A stretch of 64,000 nucleotides of DNA from Armatimonadota bacterium (GTDB taxonomy: Bacteria > Armatimonadota > Zipacnadia > Zipacnadales > UBA5352), in the NCBI GenBank assembly GCA_034722055.1, contig JAYENL010000198.1, positions 1 through 64,000 of the forward strand, written 5' to 3'. The notes below the pieces were generated by a model. That model had not been told where the DNA came from. It saw only the letters and a program-made list of their open reading frames with translations, and ran no database searches. Within the stretch, counting starts at the first letter, position 1, and each line of letters begins with the position of its first letter. Made by a program: the position numbers and the translations under genes. Shown here one piece after another: positions 58,370 to 64,000 of the stretch.

Positions 58370-58797
58370 GTAGGCGAGGCGGCGAGGACCGGTCGAAGGA
58401 CAGACTCGTCTGGAGCGTGCGCCGGGCCAACGAGAGCCCGACGCTGTGCCTGCTGCTGATCGTCTTCGAGATCGCGCTGGGCGTGGGCGTCTACGAGTAC
58501 TACGGTCCCTACTACGCGGGCTTCGCCGTCCTCTTCATCACCCTCGCCCTGCTCCCATTCTACGGCTCCTACCGCTACGAGCTGGGCGCCGACGGGCTCG
58601 AGGTCCACGGCCCCTTCTACTACGCGGCACACGAGTGGAAGGACTTCGACGGCTGGAAGATCTACGAGGACGATCTGCGACTGCAGTTCAGGGGCGATGG
58701 CCGACCGTCGGTGCTCGTGCTCTACGCCCCCCGGCGACTCGATGCCGTCGTTCAGTACGTGCAGGGCCATCTGCCCCGCCGCTTCGATGATGACTGA
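58366..58797 (+). CDS. Small membrane protein (2 TM plus soluble beta domain)
   Basis: Two hydrophobic segments then YELGADGL..W..F. GTGA overlap with the upstream stop (alternative start 58342). Confidence 0.65.
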   Translation: MSRRGGEDRSKDRLVWSVRRANESPTLCLLLIVFEIALGVGVYEYYGPYYAGFAVLFITLALLPFYGSYRYELGADGLEVHGPFYYAAHEWKDFDGWKIYEDDLRLQFRGDGRPSVLVLYAPRRLDAVVQYVQGHLPRRFDDD

Positions 58798-58805
58798 CTG
58801 CCGCC

Positions 58806-59108
58806 ATGGATGAGCAACGCGCCCGCCAGCGTGAGGTGCTGGAGCGCTTCGCCCGGGAGGTGGCCGGGCGGCGCATGTGCGCCCCGGCTATCTTCCTCTT
58901 CGAGTCCATCCAGCCTCTCTCCCTGCTGGCCGGCCAGGCACTAGCCTTCATCCAGCCCCTGCTCACGGTGATGCTCGACGCCCCCGACTACGACGTCTTC
59001 CGGGAGGCCATCGAGGACCGCGAGAACCTGAGCTGGCTGGTGGACCGCCTGGAGGAGCTGGAAGAAGAGCGCCTCAGGGGGGAAGAGCCCTCGCAGGATG
59101 AGTCGTGA
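58806..59108 (+). CDS. Small hypothetical protein
   Basis: 100 aa with PAIFLFESIQPLS..GQAL.F.QP and EDREN. Host-like codon use, in operon. Confidence 0.7.
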   Translation: MDEQRARQREVLERFAREVAGRRMCAPAIFLFESIQPLSLLAGQALAFIQPLLTVMLDAPDYDVFREAIEDRENLSWLVDRLEELEEERLRGEEPSQDES

Positions 59109-59174
59109 AGGTGTCGAGCCGCCCCGGCGCGAATCTACCTCACGGACTGAGGATTCCCCAGGAAGGCTGCACAC

Positions 59175-60995
59175 TTGGCAGATCACGAGGCGCTGCGCTC
59201 AATCCTGGCCACTGACTGCGGCTCCACCACCACCAAGGCCATCCTCATCGAGCTGGTGGATGGGGAGTACCGCCTGATGGTGCGCGGCGAGGCTCCGACT
59301 ACGGTGGAGGCCCCCTACGAGGACGTCACCCGCGGCGTGCTCAATGCCGTCCGCGAGGTCGAGGAGCTCTCCGGCCGCACTCTCATCCGCGATGGGTCCA
59401 TCATCCGGCCGCAGGATGACGGCCGCGGCGTGGACGCCTACGTCTCCACCTCCTCCGCCGGCGGCGGCCTGCAGGTGATGGTGGTGGGGCTGGTGCGATC
59501 CATGACGGCCGAGAGCGCGCAGCGGGCGGCCCTGGGCGCCGGCGCCATCGTCATGGACGTCATCGCCCTCGACGACGGCCGCCGCGACTACGAACGCATC
59601 GAGCGCATGCGCGAGCTGCGACCGGACATGATCCTCGTCTCCGGCGGCGTTGATGGTGGCGAGGTGCGCAAGGTCGTGGAGATGGCGGAGCTGGTGGCCG
59701 CCGCCAACCCCCAGGCTCGACTGGGCGCCGAGTACGAGCTTCCTGTCATCTTCGCCGGCAACGAGGACGCTCGGGAGCCTGTGCGCGAGGCGCTGGAGCG
59801 AGTCACCCAGCTCACGGTGGTCGAGAACCTCCGGCCCACCATGGAGCGCGAGCGGCTGGGGCCGGCGCGCGGCGAGATCCAGGAGCTGTTCCTGCAGCAC
59901 GTCATGGCCCAGGCCCCCGGGTATCCCGCGCTGATGGGCTGGACGGACGCCGACATCATGCCCACGCCAGCGGCGGTGGGGACGCTCATCGAGGCCGTGG
60001 CCGCCCGCGAGGGCATCAACGTGGTGGGCGTGGACATCGGCGGCGCTACCACCGACGTCTTCAGCGTCTTCGAGGGCACCTTCAACCGCACTGTCAGCGC
60101 CAACCTCGGCATGAGCTACTCCATCTCCAACGTCCTCGCCGAGGCCGGCCTCGACAACATCCTGCGCTGGGTGGCCGCGCATCCCGACCCCCGGCGGCTG
60201 GGCAATGAAATCCGCAACAAGATGATCCGGCCCACCACCATCCCCCAGACGCTGCTGGATCTGACCATCGAGCAGGCCACCGCCCGTGAGGCCCTGCGCC
60301 TGGCCTTCGACCAGCACAAGATGCTTGCCACCGAGCTCAAGGGCGTGCAGCGCCAGCGGGACATCGCCGACGCCTTCGGCGCCGCCGGCGCCGAGACGCT
60401 CGTGGACATGATGGCGCTGGACCTGATCATCGGCTCCGGCGGCGTGCTCTCACACGCCCCCCGGCGCAGCCAGGCGGCGCTGATGATGATCGACGGCTTC
60501 GAGCCCGAGGGCATCACCCGCCTGGCCGTTGACAGCATCTTCATGATGCCCCAGCTCGGGGTGCTGTCCACCATCAACGAGCAGGCGGCCACGGAGGTGT
60601 TCTACCGCGACTGCCTCATTCCCCTGGGCACCTGCATCTGCCCCGCCGGCCGCGGCCGCGACGGCTCCCCATGCTGCCGCGTGACCATGCGCACGGACTC
60701 GGGCCGCCGGGAGCTGGAGGCGGCGGTGGGCGAGATGCATCTGCTGCCGCTGGGCGAGGACGAGACGGCACAGCTAACGGTCGATCCCGTGGGGGCCTTC
60801 GACGTGGGCGCCGGCCGCGGCAGGGCCGTCTCGGGGGAGGTCCAGGGCGGCGTTGTGGGGCTGGTGCTCGACTGCCGCGGCCGGCCGCTCGAGCTGCCCG
60901 AGGACGATACCGAGCGCACCGAGGCCATCGCCCGCTGGCAGGACGCCCTGGATGTCTACCCCCGGCTCCCCGAGCGTGAGGAGGCGGCGTCGTGA
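59175..60995 (+). CDS. glmL: Glutamate mutase L (GlmL)-like ASKHA-fold ATPase
   Basis: Phosphate-1 TDCGSTTTK, SSAGGGL, TAESA.RAALGAGA, GGVDGG, MPTP, phosphate-2 VDIGGATTDV, RTV.ANLGM and GSGGVL. Confidence 0.85.
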   Translation: MADHEALRSILATDCGSTTTKAILIELVDGEYRLMVRGEAPTTVEAPYEDVTRGVLNAVREVEELSGRTLIRDGSIIRPQDDGRGVDAYVSTSSAGGGLQVMVVGLVRSMTAESAQRAALGAGAIVMDVIALDDGRRDYERIERMRELRPDMILVSGGVDGGEVRKVVEMAELVAAANPQARLGAEYELPVIFAGNEDAREPVREALERVTQLTVVENLRPTMERERLGPARGEIQELFLQHVMAQAPGYPALMGWTDADIMPTPAAVGTLIEAVAAREGINVVGVDIGGATTDVFSVFEGTFNRTVSANLGMSYSISNVLAEAGLDNILRWVAAHPDPRRLGNEIRNKMIRPTTIPQTLLDLTIEQATAREALRLAFDQHKMLATELKGVQRQRDIADAFGAAGAETLVDMMALDLIIGSGGVLSHAPRRSQAALMMIDGFEPEGITRLAVDSIFMMPQLGVLSTINEQAATEVFYRDCLIPLGTCICPAGRGRDGSPCCRVTMRTDSGRRELEAAVGEMHLLPLGEDETAQLTVDPVGAFDVGAGRGRAVSGEVQGGVVGLVLDCRGRPLELPEDDTERTEAIARWQDALDVYPRLPEREEAAS

Positions 60996-62161
60996 GCGCA
61001 GCCGAGACGCATGGGTACACGCCCGGGCTGCGGGTCACCGAGCGGGCCGTCATCCGCCGCCTCCGCCGGCTTCCCCTGCCCGGCGAGGTCCACGTGAAGG
61101 CCGGGGATGAGGTGCGCGCCGAGCAGCTCGTCGCCCGCACCGAGCTTCCCGGCAACGCGGTGACCGTCAACGTCGCCCACGAGCTCTCCATGACGCCCCA
61201 GGACGCCATTGACTTCATCATCGTGGAGGAGGGCGAGGAGGTCCAGCCCCGCCAGATCATCGCCGAGAGCAGGTCCTTCTGGGGCCTCTTTCACTCCATC
61301 GCCCGCGCGCCCATCCCCGGCACCATCGAGACCATCAGCGACATAACCGGCCAGCTCCTCATTCGCGGCGAGCCCATCCGCGTGGAGATCGACGCCTACA
61401 TCGATGGCACGGTGGTGCAGGTTCAGGGCGACGAGGCCGTGGTGGTGGAGACTCGCGGCGCACTGGCTCAGGGCATCCTGGGCGTGGGCGGCGAGGCCCA
61501 CGGCCAGCTCCGGATCCTCTGCGAGGCGCCGGACCAGGTCTGTCACCAGGGGCTGGTCGGGGAGGACTGCGCCGACTGCATCCTGGTCGGCAGCGGGCGC
61601 GTGACGCTGGATGCCCTGCAGGCGGCGCGCGAGGTCGGCGCCGCCGGCGTGGTCTCCGGCGCCATCGACGACGTGGAGCTCGACGAGTTCCTCGGCGAGC
61701 CCCTCGGCGTGGCAATCACCGGCCAGGAGAGCCTCGGCCTCAGCCTGGTGCTCACTGAGGGCTTCGGCGACACCCCAATGCGCCGGCGCACCTTCGAGCT
61801 GCTGGCCGAGCGCGAGGGAGAGCGGGCGTCGATCAACGGGGCCACCCAGATCCGCGCCGGCGTCATCCGACCCGAGGTCATCGTTCCCGAGCCGCAGGCC
61901 ACCTGGGAGGCAGAGGGCGAGCAGGCCTCTGTGGGCCTGTCGGTCGGCAGTCAGGTGCGGCTGATCCGCCAGCCCTACTTCGGCATGCTGGCCGAGGTGA
62001 TTGAGCTTCCCGAGGAGCTGGAGGAGATCCCCACCGAGGCCCGCGTCCGCGTCGCCCGTGTGCGCCTCCAGGACCCCGGTGAGGTCACGTGGGAGCACGT
62101 CGCAGAGCCCCGAGAGGTCATCACCGTGCCGCGTGCGAATCTGGAGATCATCGAGGGATGA
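60992..62161 (+). CDS. Hypothetical protein with barrel-sandwich hybrid repeats and C-terminal KOW-like motif
   Basis: VHVKAGDEV..EQLVA, VEEGEEV...QIIAE...APIPGTI and VGSQVRLIRQPYFG. 4-nt overlaps at both ends. Confidence 0.75.
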   Translation: MSAAETHGYTPGLRVTERAVIRRLRRLPLPGEVHVKAGDEVRAEQLVARTELPGNAVTVNVAHELSMTPQDAIDFIIVEEGEEVQPRQIIAESRSFWGLFHSIARAPIPGTIETISDITGQLLIRGEPIRVEIDAYIDGTVVQVQGDEAVVVETRGALAQGILGVGGEAHGQLRILCEAPDQVCHQGLVGEDCADCILVGSGRVTLDALQAAREVGAAGVVSGAIDDVELDEFLGEPLGVAITGQESLGLSLVLTEGFGDTPMRRRTFELLAEREGERASINGATQIRAGVIRPEVIVPEPQATWEAEGEQASVGLSVGSQVRLIRQPYFGMLAEVIELPEELEEIPTEARVRVARVRLQDPGEVTWEHVAEPREVITVPRANLEIIEG

Positions 62162-63402
62162 GGCTCAACCCGCTGGCGACAATCAGCCTGGCTCTGGCCG
62201 TCGCGGCCGCCGCTTTCGGGGCCGACCCGGGGGCGCCCCGGCGGGTGCAGGTGGAGGACGACCCCGAGGACGCAGCGGGACAGGTCCTGCTCGTGTCCTG
62301 GGAGGCGCCCCCGGAGGTCGTGGCCCTGCCGCTTTTGCAGCCGGTCGGCTATCAGGTGCTGTATCGCCAGGCGAGGCCGGGCGCTGAGTTCCGCGAGGGG
62401 CCGGTGGTGCCGCTGGACGAGACCTCCGCCTCACTGGGCGACCTCAAGCCGTGGCCGTGGCCGAAGTGGGAGGTCGCCGTCGCCGTTGTCTACGCGCCGC
62501 AGCCCTCCGTCGGCCGTGCGATCGAGGCGGTTCCATGGATCGCCGCAGTTCGGCCTATGCTCCGATCCGATCCTACGCCCCCGCTGTGGCCGGTGGGCAT
62601 CTGGTATGCAGCCAAGTACACGCCTACGTTGGTGTGGTCGGTGCTCATATGCGCCATCGTGCTGCTAACGCTTCATGCCGTCCGCGGTCGCGCTGAGGAG
62701 GTGTACATCCGGCCCATTGCCGGCCTGGAGGCGGTTAACGACGCCATTGGCCGCGCTACTGAGATGGGCCAGCCTATGCTCTACGTCTCTGGACTGGGAG
62801 GCGTTAGCAACATCTCCACCATCGCCTCCATGCTCATCCTGGGCCACCTCTCGCGCCGGGCCGCGGCCTACGAGAGCGACATCATCGTGCCCTGCAACGA
62901 CCCGCTGGTGATGGCAACCGAGCGCGAGATCGTCCGCCAGGCCTATACCGAGGCCGGCAAGCCCGATGCCTACCGCCCCGAGAACATCTACTTCCTCACC
63001 GACAGCCAGTTCGGCTACGTGGCCGCCGTGGATGGCATCATGATGCGGGAGCAGCCGGCCGCCAACTTCTACATGGGCTACTTCTACGCCGAGGCTCTGA
63101 TCCTCGCTGAGACCGGTAACCAGGCCGGCGCCATCCAGATCGCCGGCACCGACGCCGACACCCAGCTTCCCTTCTTCATCACCGCCTGCGACTATACTCT
63201 AATGGGCGAGGAGCTCTACGCTGCCAGCGCCTACCTCTCCCGCCAGCCGCTACTGGTAGCGCAGTTGCGGGGGCAGGACATCGCCAAGGCTCTCATCGCC
63301 GCCGCTCTCTTTCTTGGAGTGGCGGCGGCCACGTACGCCGCTGTGACCACCGGCGCAGCCGCTGACATGGCGCAGGCGTTCGTGGAGTGGTTCGCACAAT
63401 GA
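62158..63402 (+). CDS. DUF6754-like membrane protein with N-terminal FN3-like domain
   Basis: Signal peptide, FN3-like domain, TM segment, IRPIAGLEAV.DAIGRATEMGQP, EALILAE.G...GAIQIAGT and CDYTLMGEELYAASAYLS. Confidence 0.78.
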   Translation: MRLNPLATISLALAVAAAAFGADPGAPRRVQVEDDPEDAAGQVLLVSWEAPPEVVALPLLQPVGYQVLYRQARPGAEFREGPVVPLDETSASLGDLKPWPWPKWEVAVAVVYAPQPSVGRAIEAVPWIAAVRPMLRSDPTPPLWPVGIWYAAKYTPTLVWSVLICAIVLLTLHAVRGRAEEVYIRPIAGLEAVNDAIGRATEMGQPMLYVSGLGGVSNISTIASMLILGHLSRRAAAYESDIIVPCNDPLVMATEREIVRQAYTEAGKPDAYRPENIYFLTDSQFGYVAAVDGIMMREQPAANFYMGYFYAEALILAETGNQAGAIQIAGTDADTQLPFFITACDYTLMGEELYAASAYLSRQPLLVAQLRGQDIAKALIAAALFLGVAAATYAAVTTGAAADMAQAFVEWFAQ

Positions 63403-63412
63403 CGTCTGCATC

Positions 63413-63545
63413 GCCGTCCGCCGCCTGTCGCTCGCCGTTCGCCGGTATCCGTTCGTTGTTTGCCGTTCGCTGTTCGCCGTTAGCTGACCGCTGTTAGCTG
63501 ACCGCTGATAGCTGACCGCTGATAGCTGACCGCTGATAGCCGCTT
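63413..63545. repeat. In-register heptamer tandem array (19 units) ending in (GCTGACC GCTGATA)n
   Basis: gccgtcc gccgcct gtcgctc gccgttc ... gctgacc gctgtta gctgacc gctgata gctgacc gctgata gctgacc gctgata gccgctt. Confidence 0.85.
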
Positions 63546-63560
63546 GCCGGAGGCAATCCC

Positions 63561-64000
63561 GTGAGACTGCAGGTCCCGTTGGTCATAACCTTCCTCGCCG
63601 GCGTCTTTATGGCGGTGCAGTTCTTCATCCCGCACGCGCTGATCCAGACCCCCTACGAGCGCCTGCTGGAGTGGGGGCGCATCGTGGCCGCCTTCGCGCT
63701 GGTGCTGGGGATCGCCAGCCTCCTGCGCACGCACTGGGAGAAGATCCGCCGCCAGCACCGCGACTGGGCCTACAGCGTCGTCGCCATCGGCTCATTCGTC
63801 CTGATGTGCGTTGTCGGCATCGGCTGGGGGCACCAGCGCGGCACGGGGTTCGACTGGATCTTCCGGCACATCCAGGTCCCGCTGGACGCCACCATGTTCT
63901 CGCTGCTGGCCTTCTTCATCGCGTCGGCGGCCTTCAGGACCTTCCGGGCGCGAAGCGTGGAGGCGACGCTGCTGCTGATCGCCGCGGTGATCGTCATGCT
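63561..64000 (+). CDS. Polytopic membrane protein of the GlmL/DUF6754 cluster (truncated by window end)
   Basis: RBS ggagg, GTG start, and open to the edge: MRLQVPLVITFLAGVFMAVQFF...PLDATMFSLLAFFIASAAFRTFRARS. Not in the supplied ORF track. Confidence 0.8.
   Translation, partial: MRLQVPLVITFLAGVFMAVQFFIPHALIQTPYERLLEWGRIVAAFALVLGIASLLRTHWEKIRRQHRDWAYSVVAIGSFVLMCVVGIGWGHQRGTGFDWIFRHIQVPLDATMFSLLAFFIASAAFRTFRARSVEATLLLIAAVIVM

Noticed and set aside
59175..60995. DNA mismatch repair MutL
   Set aside because: This is a name clash only. The motifs are ASKHA (DxGSTxTK, DIGGATTD), not GHKL.
63480..63997. Minus-strand ORFs 63480-63758 and 63770-63997
   Set aside because: They are antisense to a convincing plus-strand membrane gene. 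The SAVSYQRSAISGQ tail is simply the translated heptamer array.

Overview
A 64 kb, high-GC, gene-dense bacterial chromosomal segment. The gene content (FlgD-Ig-tailed subtilases, DUF4091/CBM glycoside hydrolases, many orphan secreted proteins) suggests Armatimonadota, which is an inference. About 44 CDSs are supportable, and no rRNA, tRNA, CRISPR array, integrase or transposase was seen. Main blocks: (i) a tandem subtilase-subtilase-lipoprotein unit bounded by a promoter and a terminator (5.5-13.6 kb); (ii) CopB and catabolic or carbohydrate enzymes, including an AAC(3)-TIM-barrel fusion; (iii) a compositionally atypical Type II-like methylase/endonuclease pair lying between two nitrilase paralogues (40.5-42.9 kb); (iv) a secreted M16 peptidase pair and an Eis-like multidomain GNAT protein; (v) a tightly coupled cluster of a GlmL-like ASKHA ATPase, a barrel-sandwich/KOW protein, a DUF6754 protein and small membrane proteins, with no glutamate mutase subunits in view (58.4-64 kb, running off the edge). 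Intergenic DNA carries many GGAG-tagged REP-like palindromes. Two families keep a fixed secondary-structure scaffold (outer stem plus tandem G.A motif) while their inner hairpins vary freely, often as inverted doublets. In-register heptamer arrays follow several stop codons. All family assignments come from motif recognition by eye, not from database searches.
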